Shown here: piece by piece, positions 10,715-21,238 of the stretch | Numbering within the stretch: the stretch's first letter is position 1 | Layout of the letters: each line of letters starts with the position of its first letter | Origin: an uncultured cyanobacterium | Lineage (GTDB): Bacteria > Cyanobacteriota > Cyanobacteriia > Cyanobacteriales > Nostocaceae | Assembly (NCBI GenBank): GCA_963740315.1 | Contig: CAVUDP010000001.1 | Span: 1,088,001-1,152,000, forward strand | Length of the DNA: 64,000 nt | Direction: 5' to 3' | Notes under the pieces: model-generated | What the model was told of the DNA's origin: nothing | Databases searched by the model: none | Seen by the model: the letters and a program-made list of their open reading frames with translations, nothing else | Translations under genes and position numbers: made by a program

Positions 10715-11713
10715 CTAACGACGCAAATAGTACTTGAAATTAGTCGCACCTTGATAGCCAGAAAGTTTTGCTAATTCCTCAAGACTCTGCGCTCCGGTAT
10801 AGGTTTTACCCTTTATCTTCCAAGTGGGATAGCTTGTAATTCCAGCTGTTTTACACTCAGGTTTCACATTGTTGGGATCGTCGGCAGGAGCGCAATCTGT
10901 ATGAGGCACTTCTTTATAGGCTTCCTTACCAAACAATAGCTTTTGGTCGTGACAGTGAGGACACCACCATGCAATATATTCTTTGGCTCCAATTTCTTTA
11001 AGGTGACGCGCTAGTGCTATTTCTGCTTCTCCAGAAGTAGTGGTAATTTCCCAACCAACTCCAGGTTGAGGATTTTCTTTGGGAATGAAACTAATTGCTC
11101 CACTTTCTTGAGTAGGGGATTCGGCAGAAGGTCCATTTGCGACACCAGCATAAACGCCTAATGTCCCGATCAGCGTTACCATTCCTACAATAACTGCGGT
11201 AAACAAAATTTGCCCAATATCTTCCCAATTACGACCAATAATAGTTAATACCAGCATCGTTAGGGAAAATAGAGCCGATGCAATACAGTAGGGACAAACT
11301 GTTTTAATTTGGCTAAATAATACGTACATTAGATAGCTGCTGAAAACCGTCATGGAAATTGAGCCGATCAGCAAAAGCGTCCATGTTGAGTTTTCCAACT
11401 TCTGACGCTGTTCTTTATTATCTCCACCTTTAAAAAGTAAAGGCGCAAGAGCGAAAACCAACATACTGAAATATGCTAGAAACCCGAATAAAGCTAATGG
11501 CTGTCCCAGAACAGTTGCCCAAGGACTAGAAAGGACGCTGTTACATCCAGCACCCGTGCCCGCAGCAGTAGAAGAGGCAGTACAAGCAGCCGCTCCTCCC
11601 GTCAATTTAACGATGGTTAGATAACCAGTGACTAAAGCACCACAGGAAGCAATTCCTGCGATTAGTAAACGGGAGAAGCGATGAATCCAAGGAGTAGAAC
11701 GACGACGAATCAT
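10715..11713 (-). CDS. Vitamin K epoxide reductase-thioredoxin fusion (disulfide bond formation)
   Basis: CNSVLSSPWA, CPYC in the TM part, WCPHC in the Trx-like domain. Confidence 0.93.
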   Translation of the reverse strand: MIRRRSTPWIHRFSRLLIAGIASCGALVTGYLTIVKLTGGAAACTASSTAAGTGAGCNSVLSSPWATVLGQPLALFGFLAYFSMLVFALAPLLFKGGDNKEQRQKLENSTWTLLLIGSISMTVFSSYLMYVLFSQIKTVCPYCIASALFSLTMLVLTIIGRNWEDIGQILFTAVIVGMVTLIGTLGVYAGVANGPSAESPTQESGAISFIPKENPQPGVGWEITTTSGEAEIALARHLKEIGAKEYIAWWCPHCHDQKLLFGKEAYKEVPHTDCAPADDPNNVKPECKTAGITSYPTWKIKGKTYTGAQSLEELAKLSGYQGATNFKYYLRR

Positions 11714-11978
11714 AAGCTAAAACATTATTAATTTAGATTAATAAATCGGAAATAGGGAATAAACTAGAAGATATTATTGTAAATCTGTATAACATCTTGT
11801 AACTTAATTTAGTTAAAACTAAAATTAGCTGCAAGCGAAAAAATTACGTTGGCGGTTAACTAGATTTAAAATAAATATTCCTCCAAGATTCAAAAAATAA
11901 AATATTGTTAGAGATTGAATCTGTTACTAATTACTACTTACTACAAGTGCGAACTACCACTATTCCCAATTTCCGTTG

Positions 11979-12827
11979 TTAAGAATGTAGCTTGAGTGAA
12001 GAAACTGATTCGGTTTGACCTTTGGAATTGAAATTTTGCCGAGCAGCTTCTACAAACTGGCTGACACGGATTGGGTCTATTGTTTGCTCGCGGTTGCCGT
12101 GGCGTTTCAAAGAACTGGAAACTATTACACCGTCCGCAGCTTGCATTAGTGTAGCAATATTATCCAAACTCGCTCCACTACCAATAAATACCGGAGTACC
12201 TTTGGCCGCTCTCGATGCTAGTTCCAAGTCTTCGAGATTCGGAGGATCGCCTGTAGCCCAACCGGACAAAATCACTGCATCTGCCAATCCACGCTCGATT
12301 GTATCTTGGACTGCGGTAGTCAAATTGACCGAACCCAACGGACGGGCGTGCTTCACCAACACATCCGCAATAATTTTCACTTCACTGCCTAATTCTCGAC
12401 GATACCTAAGTAATTGATGGGCTTCTCCTTCAATTAATCCTTGGTCTGTTGCCATTACCCCAGTCAACACGTTAACGCGGATAAATTGCGCCCCAGTACA
12501 ACTGGCTATGGCGATCGCACTTTTGGCATCGTTTCGCAATACGTTTAAACCGATAGGTAGAGTAACAAGATTTTTGAGGCGCTGTACTACAACAGTCATA
12601 GCACTGACAACTGCGGGATCTACTTGATTTTTAGTAAACGGCGCATCAAAAAAATTTTCAACGATAATACCGTCAATTCCTCCACTAACAAGGGCGACAG
12701 CTTCTTGTTCGGCACGGTCAATTACCGCTTTGAGATTACCCCCCCAGCGCGGTGAGGTCGGCAGCGGTAACAGGTGAACCACACCAATAATTGGTCTTCG
12801 TGTTTTAAATAACTGATATAAATCCAC
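11979..12827 (-). CDS. btpA: Photosystem I biogenesis protein BtpA
   Basis: IIGVVHLLPLP, ENFFDAPF, NVLRND, ADVLVKH; probable GTG start at 12827. Confidence 0.93.
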   Translation of the reverse strand: MDLYQLFKTRRPIIGVVHLLPLPTSPRWGGNLKAVIDRAEQEAVALVSGGIDGIIVENFFDAPFTKNQVDPAVVSAMTVVVQRLKNLVTLPIGLNVLRNDAKSAIAIASCTGAQFIRVNVLTGVMATDQGLIEGEAHQLLRYRRELGSEVKIIADVLVKHARPLGSVNLTTAVQDTIERGLADAVILSGWATGDPPNLEDLELASRAAKGTPVFIGSGASLDNIATLMQAADGVIVSSSLKRHGNREQTIDPIRVSQFVEAARQNFNSKGQTESVSSLKLHS

Positions 12828-13229
12828 GTCTTTTTTTGTTACGGACTTTGTGTGGTTTCCCGACAGAGAGGCAAATTGCACGTTTATTTATCCTTGTAAA
12901 GCAACTGGCATTGCGGAAGACCGATATTCTGCTAGTATTCTGTTTGACTTAATAAGACAAGAAATACTTCAATACAGTCTGGTACGGTAATTAACCAGCC
13001 GAATTAGAGATTAGTACCATAAACTTAGGTTTTACCCAAGCAAAAAACACATGAAGACTATTTTACCTGGATTACCGCTATCTCTTAAATAAGGATAAAT
13101 AAATTTCCTTCGTCATAATTTTTATGCCCTAACAATATGCGGATAATTTTCTGAAAAAATGCTTCATTTGAAAAAAGTAAAATACCTCCTCCTTCAGATG
13201 TAATTTGGCAAAAAATATATCCTAAGATA

Positions 13230-13238
13230 TGTTAAGAT
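13230..13238 (+). promoter_or_regulatory. Candidate extended -10 element TGnTAAGAT
   Basis: TGTTAAGAT about 13 nt before the predicted structured RNA. Confidence 0.35.
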
Positions 13239-13251
13239 AAAAGATGATACG

Positions 13252-13432
13252 AGAGGAGTCTGCCGCTCACCTGACTGCGGCTTGCAGCTTTACATAAAAC
13301 TGTGTATAGTCTGCCACAGATATAGGCAATCGTTTGGGGAAAGGGTAATATTAACGCCAATCGAAGCGTAACTCAGCCTGCGATTACATAAACGGGTAGC
13401 GACTTCTCTACAAAAGCCGATTTTGGTCGGCT
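13252..13432 (+). ncRNA. Putative structured RNA or leader upstream of rimO (family not identified)
   Basis: Closing stem AGAGGAGTC/GACTTCTCT; inner hairpins GCCGC/GCGGC, TGCC/GGCA, AATCG/CGATT; following hairpin AGCCGA/TCGGCT. Confidence 0.45.
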
Positions 13433-13759
13433 GCTTCCTAACAAGTAAATCAGTATTGTATGGACTGGGGTAATGTAAAATACCATCAATCAACAATATG
13501 TAAAAAGTAGAATAAGCTGAGCTATCGTGAAAAACTACTTAAAGTCTATGTAAAACGGATAGAAAATAGGTATATCATCTCACAAACTATCGAAATTACT
13601 ACGGTGATGACACTTTATTTAAAGTGGTTACATAGCGCGTAGGAAAAATGGACTGCGAACGTAGGATTTTTGCAACTTATTTATAATGGCAAAATTCCTT
13701 GATTAAATAGCCATTGCACGTTTACGTTTAACTCGAAATAGCAAAATATCTTTTATAAT

Positions 13760-15073
13760 ATGGGTGATAAGCCAACAATTGCATTTTCTCATCTAGGCTG
13801 CGAGAAAAACAGAATTGATACAGAGCATATGCTCGGTTTGCTGGTAGAAGCAGGTTACGGCGTAGATTGTAATGAAGAATTAGCAGATTACGTTATAGTC
13901 AATACTTGTAGTTTTATTGCCGCAGCACGAGAAGAGTCTGTTAAAACTTTAGTAGAATTAGCAGAAGCTGATAAGAAGATAGTGATTACTGGCTGCATGG
14001 CGCAGCATTTCCAAGAGCAATTATTGGAAGAGTTGCCAGAAGCAGTAGCGGTTGTAGGTACGGGCGATTACGACAAAATCGTGAATGTCATTGAGCGAAC
14101 CCAGCTTGGCGAGCGTGTCAAGCAAGTAAGTGCCGAACCTACTTTTATTGCCGATGAAACAACGCCTCGCTATCGGACTACCTCAGAGGGTGTAGCTTAC
14201 TTAAGGGTTGCTGAAGGATGCGATTATCGCTGTGCGTTTTGTATAATTCCTCATCTACGAGGAAACCAACGTTCGCGTACTATTGAATCAATTGTCGCTG
14301 AAGCAGAGCAATTGGCATCTCAAGGAGTGCGGGAGATAATATTAATTTCCCAAATTACTACGAATTACGGTATAGATATTTACAAGAAACCTCAGTTGGG
14401 TGAATTGCTTCGCGCTCTGGGTAAGGTGGATATACCGTGGATTAGGATGCACTATGCTTATCCTACGGGACTGACCCCAGATGTAATAGCGGCGATAAAA
14501 GAAAACAATAATGTATTACCTTATTTAGATTTGCCATTACAGCATTCCCATCCTGAAATTCTTCGCACCATGAATCGTCCCTGGCAAGGACAGGTGAACG
14601 ACGAAGTTATCGAGCGCATAAAAGGGGCGCTACCAGATGCCGTGCTGCGAACAACCTTCATTGTGGGTTTTCCAGGCGAAACAGACGAGCATTTCGAGCA
14701 TTTATGTCAGTTTGTCGAGCGCCATGAGTTTGACCATGTAGGTGTTTTCACCTTTTCACCGGAGGAAGGAACAAAAGCGTATAACTTACCGCAGCAACTG
14801 CCGCAACAGTTAATGGACGAGCGGCGAGATGCACTAATGGAAATTCAGCAGCCAATTTCTTGGAAAAACAATCAGCAAGAAGTAGGCAAAGTAGTTGATG
14901 TGTTAATTGAGCAAGAAAATCCCATTCGGGGAGAACTGATAGGTCGTTCTGGTAGATTTGCTCCAGAGGTAGACGGACAAATATATGTTCGTGGAGAAGC
15001 TCGCATGGGAGCGATCGTGCCGGTAGAGATTCAGAAAGCTGATGCATATGACCTATACGGTAAAGTTGTTTGA
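13760..15073 (+). CDS. rimO: Ribosomal protein S12 methylthiotransferase
   Basis: [36 protein letters not shown] domain. Confidence 0.96.
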   Translation: MGDKPTIAFSHLGCEKNRIDTEHMLGLLVEAGYGVDCNEELADYVIVNTCSFIAAAREESVKTLVELAEADKKIVITGCMAQHFQEQLLEELPEAVAVVGTGDYDKIVNVIERTQLGERVKQVSAEPTFIADETTPRYRTTSEGVAYLRVAEGCDYRCAFCIIPHLRGNQRSRTIESIVAEAEQLASQGVREIILISQITTNYGIDIYKKPQLGELLRALGKVDIPWIRMHYAYPTGLTPDVIAAIKENNNVLPYLDLPLQHSHPEILRTMNRPWQGQVNDEVIERIKGALPDAVLRTTFIVGFPGETDEHFEHLCQFVERHEFDHVGVFTFSPEEGTKAYNLPQQLPQQLMDERRDALMEIQQPISWKNNQQEVGKVVDVLIEQENPIRGELIGRSGRFAPEVDGQIYVRGEARMGAIVPVEIQKADAYDLYGKVV

Positions 15074-15185
15074 ACTTAGCTTGCGTTATGAGGCTATTAG
15101 TTATCAATTTTGCTTGACTAGTAGGCAAATAATTAACACATAATTTTGATTGATTGAAGATTAAACTTAGAACATAGGAGAATTA

Positions 15186-16718
15186 ATGAGTCTTACTTTT
15201 GAAGATTTAGGGATTTCAGAACAACGCCTTGCAAAATTAGAACAACTTGGTTTTACGACACCGACAAATATTCAAGAACAAGCAATTCCTCAACTGCTTT
15301 CAGGTCGCGATGTAGTAGGTCAATCCCAGACTGGAACGGGTAAAACGGCAGCATTTTCCCTACCAATTTTAGAGCGGATAGATGTTAATCAAAAAGCAGT
15401 ACAGGCTGTAGTTTTAGCTCCAACTCGCGAACTCGCAATTCAGGTTCACAGCGCCATTTCTGAATTTGTTGGCAGTGAAAGATTAAAAATATTGGCAATT
15501 TATGGCGGTCAATCAATCGATCGCCAAATGATGCAACTCAAGCGCGGCGTTCACGTTGTAGTAGGTACTCCGGGACGAATTATTGATTTATTAGATCGGG
15601 GCTGTTTGAAGCTCGACCAGGTGAAGTGGTTTGTGTTGGATGAAGCCGATGAAATGTTGAGCATGGGCTTTATTGACGATGTAGAGAAAATCCTTTCTCG
15701 GGCACCTTCGGAACGTCAAACCGCTTTATTTTCGGCAACAATGCCCCCATCAATTCGCCAATTGGTGAATAAGTATTTAAACGATCCCGTAACGGTGACG
15801 GTTCAACAACCCAAAGCTGCTCCGAATAAAATTAATCAGGTAGCTTACTTGATACCGCGTCACTGGACGAAAGCCAGAGCTTTACAGCCGATCTTGGAAA
15901 TGGAAGATCCCGATACGGCATTAATTTTCGTCCGTACCCGACGTACAGCAGCAGAATTAACCAATCAGTTGCAATCAGCAGGTCACAGCGTTGATGAGTA
16001 TCACGGTGATTTATCGCAGCAAGCGCGGGAAAGATTGTTGGGACGCTTCCGCAATCGTCAAGTTCGTTGGGTAGTAGCAACTGATATTGCTGCAAGAGGT
16101 TTAGACGTTGACGAACTTACTCATGTAATCAACTTTGATTTACCCGATAGCGTAGAAACCTACGTTCACCGTATTGGTCGTACTGGTAGAGCGGGTAAAG
16201 AAGGAACCGCGATTTCCTTGGTACAGCCATTTGAGCGACGCAAGCAGCAAACTATTGAACGCCACAACCGCCAGAATTGGCAAATGCTTTCTATTCCTAC
16301 CCGCGCTCAAATTGAAGCGCGACAGTTGGAGAAACTGCAAGTTCAGGTAAAAGAAGCTTTGAGTGGCGAACGTTTGGCTTCATTCTTGCCGATAGTGCGC
16401 GAAATTAGCGAAGAGTATGATGCTCACGCTATTGCAGCAGCAGCCTTACAAATTGCTTACGATCAAACACGTCCGGATTGGTTGAAAGCAGATAGCATTC
16501 CCGAAGAGGATGCAAATTATGCTTCACCCAAACCCCAACTACGTTCTTCTTCACGTCGTTCTGGCGATAGAAACCGCCGTTGGGTGTCCGATGGGAAAGG
16601 CAGAGACAAGAACAGAGATGGAAAACGTAGTGGTGGTGGTGCTGGAAGTTCTAAACCAAAACTAAAATCAAGCCATCGGGAAACATCTTCTAGTGCTGCT
16701 AAAGAATCAGCATCTTAA
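15186..16718 (+). CDS. crhR: DEAD-box RNA helicase (CrhR type)
   Basis: GTGKT, PTRELA, DEAD, SAT, HRIGRTGRAG; rimO-crhR synteny. Confidence 0.9.
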   Translation: MSLTFEDLGISEQRLAKLEQLGFTTPTNIQEQAIPQLLSGRDVVGQSQTGTGKTAAFSLPILERIDVNQKAVQAVVLAPTRELAIQVHSAISEFVGSERLKILAIYGGQSIDRQMMQLKRGVHVVVGTPGRIIDLLDRGCLKLDQVKWFVLDEADEMLSMGFIDDVEKILSRAPSERQTALFSATMPPSIRQLVNKYLNDPVTVTVQQPKAAPNKINQVAYLIPRHWTKARALQPILEMEDPDTALIFVRTRRTAAELTNQLQSAGHSVDEYHGDLSQQARERLLGRFRNRQVRWVVATDIAARGLDVDELTHVINFDLPDSVETYVHRIGRTGRAGKEGTAISLVQPFERRKQQTIERHNRQNWQMLSIPTRAQIEARQLEKLQVQVKEALSGERLASFLPIVREISEEYDAHAIAAAALQIAYDQTRPDWLKADSIPEEDANYASPKPQLRSSSRRSGDRNRRWVSDGKGRDKNRDGKRSGGGAGSSKPKLKSSHRETSSSAAKESAS

Positions 16719-16746
16719 ACTTAGATTCGATCTTGTAGAAGAATAA

Positions 16747-17084
16747 TCTCTACTGGTTATTCGATTTGATATTTCATCTAGAGCAATACTGGTAGAGAAA
16801 TCAAAAAAAAATCATTCCTTAATTGTGGATGAAATCGTAAAACATATCGGGTTCGTTTGACTACTGAAATTATTTCGGGCTGTTAAAAGCTGACAGCTAG
16901 CTGTAAAACGTTGAACGGTTATTAGTTCAACTACAACCGAAAATAAATGTAGAAATCAATCGAACTTGATATTTCAAAAAATTAAGCCAAGCGTGTTAAA
17001 TCGCAAAGCAACTGGTTTCAATTTAAGCTTCATACTTCTAAATTCAGAAGTACTTAGAAGATAGCAATGGAGCCAGTATTGTTT
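16747..17084 (+). other. Three consecutive long G-U-containing hairpins downstream of crhR (structured 3' UTR or sRNA)
   Basis: Arms at 16747-56/16789-98, 16844-60/16956-72, 17005-20/17068-84. Confidence 0.55.
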
Positions 17085-17092
17085 TTATAGGG

Positions 17093-17186
17093 AAGAGTTA
17101 GGAATTAGGAGTTAAGAGTTAGGAATTAAGAGTTAGGAGTTAGGAGTTTAATTACCTTTGACCTTTAACCTTTAACCTTTGACCTT
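17093..17186. repeat. STRR heptamer tracts (TTAGGAG/TTAAGAG, then TTGACCT/TTAACCT)
   Basis: Visible tandem heptamers. Confidence 0.85.
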
Positions 17187-17187
17187 G

Positions 17188-18138
17188 CTAATTTAACCAA
17201 GGACGGCTAATTTCATCTAATTGAGTAACTTCATCATCGCTCAACTTCCAATCTATTGCTCCGGCATTTTGAGTAACTTGCTCTGCTGTTTTGACTCCGG
17301 AAATCGGAATTACATTACCTTGAGCAATTAACCAGTTGAGAGCAACTTGTGCGGGAGTGCGATTATATTTTTCGCCGATGGTACGTAATAGAGATACTAC
17401 TGGCTCAATTTTTTGTAAATTGCTTTTACTAAAGCGCGGGTCTATTTTTCTGGCACCAGTTGGATCTATAGTACTATCTGTCGTGTATTTACCTGTGAGT
17501 AAACCTTGTGCTAAAGGACTATAAGCCAAAATTGTCACGCCTAATTGTTTCGCCTTAGCAATAATTCCTTGACTTTCAACTTGACGAGTTAATAACGAAT
17601 AACGTACTTGATTAACTGCTAAAGGTATACCGCGACGAGCTAAAATTTGGTGTGCTTCTTGCATTTGTTCTTGAGAATAATTACTTACACCAATTGCTTT
17701 AATTCTGCCTTTTTCTACCTCTGTTGCTAAAGCATTCATTAATGTTTCTTGGCTGAGAAAAAAAGTAAAGGGCCAATGTACTTGATAAAGTGCAATTTGC
17801 TCTAATTGGAGGCGTTTAAGACTGTCAGTTAATGCTTCACTGACAGATTCAGCAGAAAATCGCCAGGGTAAAGGACCAAACTTTGTAGCGATAATTACCT
17901 CTTTGTCCGTTTTTTTGATAAACTTTCCGAGCAATTCCTCAGAAAGTCCTAACCCATAGACTTCCGCAGTATCGAAAAACGTAATACCCGCTTCGATCGC
18001 AGCATTAAAAGCTTGTTCCACCTGTTCCGAACCGTAGTCACTGCCATAATTCCAAAAAAGTTTATCACCCCAAGCCCAGGTACCAAGGCACAAAGGTGTA
18101 ACTGATACAGCGTTTTGTCCTAATGTGATGCTTTCCAC
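17188..18138 (-). CDS. Aldo/keto reductase
   Basis: LGTWAWG, FDTAEVYG, ATKF, LYQVHWP, IGVSNY, AYSPLAQG. Confidence 0.94.
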   Translation of the reverse strand: MESITLGQNAVSVTPLCLGTWAWGDKLFWNYGSDYGSEQVEQAFNAAIEAGITFFDTAEVYGLGLSEELLGKFIKKTDKEVIIATKFGPLPWRFSAESVSEALTDSLKRLQLEQIALYQVHWPFTFFLSQETLMNALATEVEKGRIKAIGVSNYSQEQMQEAHQILARRGIPLAVNQVRYSLLTRQVESQGIIAKAKQLGVTILAYSPLAQGLLTGKYTTDSTIDPTGARKIDPRFSKSNLQKIEPVVSLLRTIGEKYNRTPAQVALNWLIAQGNVIPISGVKTAEQVTQNAGAIDWKLSDDEVTQLDEISRPWLN

Positions 18139-18295
18139 TATTAATTAAATATTTTTGCAATACTTTACTCTAAGTGTATCGCTGTTATTAACATTGAAAG
18201 CTTTATTAACGAATAGTTAATGGGATAATAACGAAGCAGCCACCGATCTAATTTATCTGTGGTTACATCAGATGTATTTATCTTTTTACGTTTAA

Positions 18296-19777
18296 GTGGT
18301 TATGGCAAACATTAATCCCGATCCAGAATCTAACAATTCGGAACAAATAAAATCGCTTCCTAGAATCAAGCTTTTAACAATGTTCCGTTTGGGATTATTT
18401 CAAATGGGACTTGGGATTATGTCACTCCTGACATTGGGGGTACTTAACCGAGTCATGATTGACGAACTCAAAGTTTTACCGTTGATTGCAGCTGGTGCGA
18501 TCGCCATGTACCAGTTTGTCAGCCCAGCGCGAGTTTGGTTTGGTCAAATGTCGGATGCGAAACCGATTGGCGGCTATCATCGTTCTGGGTATGTATGGAT
18601 TGGAGCAATTTTTTTTACTACGATTTCTTTTGTGGCTCTACAAGTTGTATGGCAGTTAGGATATAGCTTACAGGCACGTGGTTGGAGTTTCCAAACCTAC
18701 GGATGGGCTGCTATACTGGCATTTATTTTTGCACTTTACGGTTTAGCTCTCAGTGCAAGTTCTACTCCTTTTGCGGCTTTATTAGTAGATGTTACCGACG
18801 AAGACAACCGTTCTAAATTGATTGGGGTTGTTTGGTCAATGTTGATGGTTGGTATTGTTATTGGAGCGATTGTTAGTTCTAGATTATTAGAAACACCAGA
18901 AGTTTGTGGCGCGGCTATTTTATCTTACAGCCCTCAAACTGGAAAAATAGCTGATATCGCGCAATTGCAAGCTACAATCAACCCGGTATTTATTATCATG
19001 CCAGCCTTAGTTTTCGGACTATGTATTTTGGCAACTTTCGGCGTAGAAAAAAAATATTCCCGTTATTCTTTACGTTCTACGGCTGTAGAAAGAGAAGATC
19101 AAATAACTTTAAAAAAAGCTTTAAAAGTTCTTACCGCTAACCGCCAAACAGGTTTATTTTTCGGATTTTTACTGGTATTAAGTATTAGTCTTTTTATGCA
19201 AGATTCAATATTAGAACCTTATGGCGGCGAAGTTTTTGGAATGTGTATTGCTGAAACCACAAGGTTAAACGTTCCTTTTGGAATTGGTACTTTAATTGGG
19301 ATTGCTTCAAGTGGCTTTTTAGTAGTACCGCGTTTGGGGAAGAAAAACACTACTAAATTCGGATGTATTTTCGCCGCAATCAGCAATCTTTTTATTATTA
19401 TGGCAGGATTTACCGCTAGTAAAAGCTTGTTGATGGGTAGCTTGTTGTTCTTTGGTTTATCATCTGGAATGCTGACAGCAGGAGCTACAAGCTTGATGTT
19501 GGATTTGACTGCGGCTGAAACTGCGGGTACCTTTATCGGAGCTTGGGGATTAGCGCAATCAATGGCGAGGGGTTCTGCGACGGTACTTGGTGGAGGATTT
19601 TTAAACTTAGGTAAAATACTGTTTGATTTACCAGCAATGGCATATGGATTAGTATTTTTTCTGCAAGCAATAGGAATGATTTTCGCCATTTTATTATTGC
19701 GTCGCATCAACGTTAAAGAGTTTCAAAAGAATGCCAAAGTGGCGATAAGTTCTATTTTAGAGAATGAATTAGATTAA
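18296..19777 (+). CDS. PucC/BCD-family MFS transporter
   Basis: RLGLFQMGLG, LNRVMI.EL, LEPYGG.VF, GTFIGAWGLAQ. Confidence 0.9.
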   Translation: MVMANINPDPESNNSEQIKSLPRIKLLTMFRLGLFQMGLGIMSLLTLGVLNRVMIDELKVLPLIAAGAIAMYQFVSPARVWFGQMSDAKPIGGYHRSGYVWIGAIFFTTISFVALQVVWQLGYSLQARGWSFQTYGWAAILAFIFALYGLALSASSTPFAALLVDVTDEDNRSKLIGVVWSMLMVGIVIGAIVSSRLLETPEVCGAAILSYSPQTGKIADIAQLQATINPVFIIMPALVFGLCILATFGVEKKYSRYSLRSTAVEREDQITLKKALKVLTANRQTGLFFGFLLVLSISLFMQDSILEPYGGEVFGMCIAETTRLNVPFGIGTLIGIASSGFLVVPRLGKKNTTKFGCIFAAISNLFIIMAGFTASKSLLMGSLLFFGLSSGMLTAGATSLMLDLTAAETAGTFIGAWGLAQSMARGSATVLGGGFLNLGKILFDLPAMAYGLVFFLQAIGMIFAILLLRRINVKEFQKNAKVAISSILENELD

Positions 19778-19798
19778 GTTAGTTAGGAGTTATGAGTT

Positions 19799-19991
19799 GT
19801 AGGTTGGGTTAGGCGCACAAAGAATGATAGTTTTTAACAAGAAATTAGTCTTTGCGCCGTAACCCAACATCTTGATTTTCGGTACTTTGCAATATCTAAA
19901 ATTATCTTAAAAGCAGAATGTTGGGTTACGACACGATAATCATAAATTCACGTTACCAACTTAACTTATTTTCGTGTCTAACCCAACCTAC
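19799..19991. repeat. REPIN/MITE-like element, copy 1 (GTAGGTTGGGTTAG...CTAACCCAACCTAC)
   Basis: 14-bp terminal IR with nested internal hairpins; near-identical copies at 20837 and 21001. Confidence 0.88.
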
Positions 19992-20030
19992 AAGCTCCCT
20001 ACTCCCTACTCCCTACTCCCTTTTTTTAAT

Positions 20031-20840
20031 ATGAACGATTTTTGGAATACTGTTTTAGAATTTTCTCAAACTACTACGAATAGAGTCGGAAAGCAGTTAA
20101 TGCAAGATTTTGGTAGGGTACAAGCCGATCGCAAAGCTGATGGTAGTTTGGTAACGAAAGCCGATAAATGGGCTGATAATCAAATTCGAGATGCGATCGC
20201 CGCTCAATTCCCCGCTCATGGTATTCTCAGCGAAGAAAATGTTACGGTTTTTCCGGATAATGAGTGGTGCTGGATAGTCGATCCTTTGGATGGTACTACT
20301 AATTTTACGAGGGGAATTCCTATCTGGTGCATTTCTCTAGGGCTACTTTATAAAGGTACCCCTGTATTTGGCTATGTTTATGCGCCACCTACTAATGAAG
20401 CTTTTTATGGATACTGGGAAGGTGATTCTGGATTAGATTTACCACGGGGAGCATTTTGTAACGATCGCCCAATTCAAACCAGTAAAGACGATCTTAGTAA
20501 AAATCATTTTTTCAATTTATGTTCCCGCAGCACATCGGTAATGAATCCAGATTTCCCCTGCAAAATTAGAATGCTTGGTGTTGCTAGCTACAATTTTCTC
20601 ACTGTGGCGACGGGAGCGGTGTTGGGTGCTGTTGAAGCGACACCCAAGGTATGGGATATAGCCGGTGCTTGGGTAATTTTACAGGCTGCTGGAGGTAGTT
20701 GGATATCTTTGAAATCTCAGCCTTTTCCTTTGGTTGTAGGTGAAGATTATGGTGCTAAATCTATACCCACGTTGGCTGTAAGTCGCTCGGAATTAATTGA
20801 AGTGTTTAAACCTTTTTTAGAAGTTAGTAGTTATTTGTAG
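20031..20840 (+). CDS. Inositol monophosphatase family protein
   Basis: SEE, WIVDPLDGTTNF, WDIAG; start moved to ATG 20031 because the upstream ORF extension is repeat sequence. Confidence 0.92.
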   Translation: MNDFWNTVLEFSQTTTNRVGKQLMQDFGRVQADRKADGSLVTKADKWADNQIRDAIAAQFPAHGILSEENVTVFPDNEWCWIVDPLDGTTNFTRGIPIWCISLGLLYKGTPVFGYVYAPPTNEAFYGYWEGDSGLDLPRGAFCNDRPIQTSKDDLSKNHFFNLCSRSTSVMNPDFPCKIRMLGVASYNFLTVATGAVLGAVEATPKVWDIAGAWVILQAAGGSWISLKSQPFPLVVGEDYGAKSIPTLAVSRSELIEVFKPFLEVSSYL

Positions 20841-21210
20841 GTTGGGTTAGGCGCACAAAGAATGATAGTTTTTATTAGAAATTAGTTTTTGCGCCGTAAC
20901 CCAACATCTTGGCGATCGATACTTTATACTTTATAAACTTTCTAATTAACCAAAATGCCAATGTTGGGTTACGACACGATAACAAAAGTTCTGTTTACTT
21001 GTAGGTTGGGTTAGGCGCACAAAGAAAGATAGTTTTTAATAAGAAATTAATCTTTGCGCCGTAACCCAACATCTTGATTCTCGGTACTTTTTACTATCTC
21101 AAATTATCTTAAAAAAAGAATGTTGGGTTACGACACGATAATCATACATTCACGTCACCTACTTAACTTTTTTTCGTGTCTAACCCAACCTACAACCTAA
21201 CCCAACCTAC
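20837..21210. repeat. REPIN/MITE-like copy 2 (truncated) and copy 3 (21001-21193), plus a duplicated terminus
   Basis: Sequence near-identical to 19799-19991. Confidence 0.88.
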
Positions 21211-21238
21211 AAGCTAATTACCAATTACCAATTACCAA

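Noticed and set aside
13252..13432. Cobalamin riboswitch, SRP RNA or 6S RNA
   Set aside because: Diagnostic conserved motifs were not found on either strand by eye
13290..13496. 68-aa minus-strand ORF
   Set aside because: No recognisable motif or RBS; the region is better explained by RNA structure
19974..20030. N-terminal extension of the inositol monophosphatase
   Set aside because: Derived from the repeat end and a CTCCCTA STRR; the real start is probably 20031
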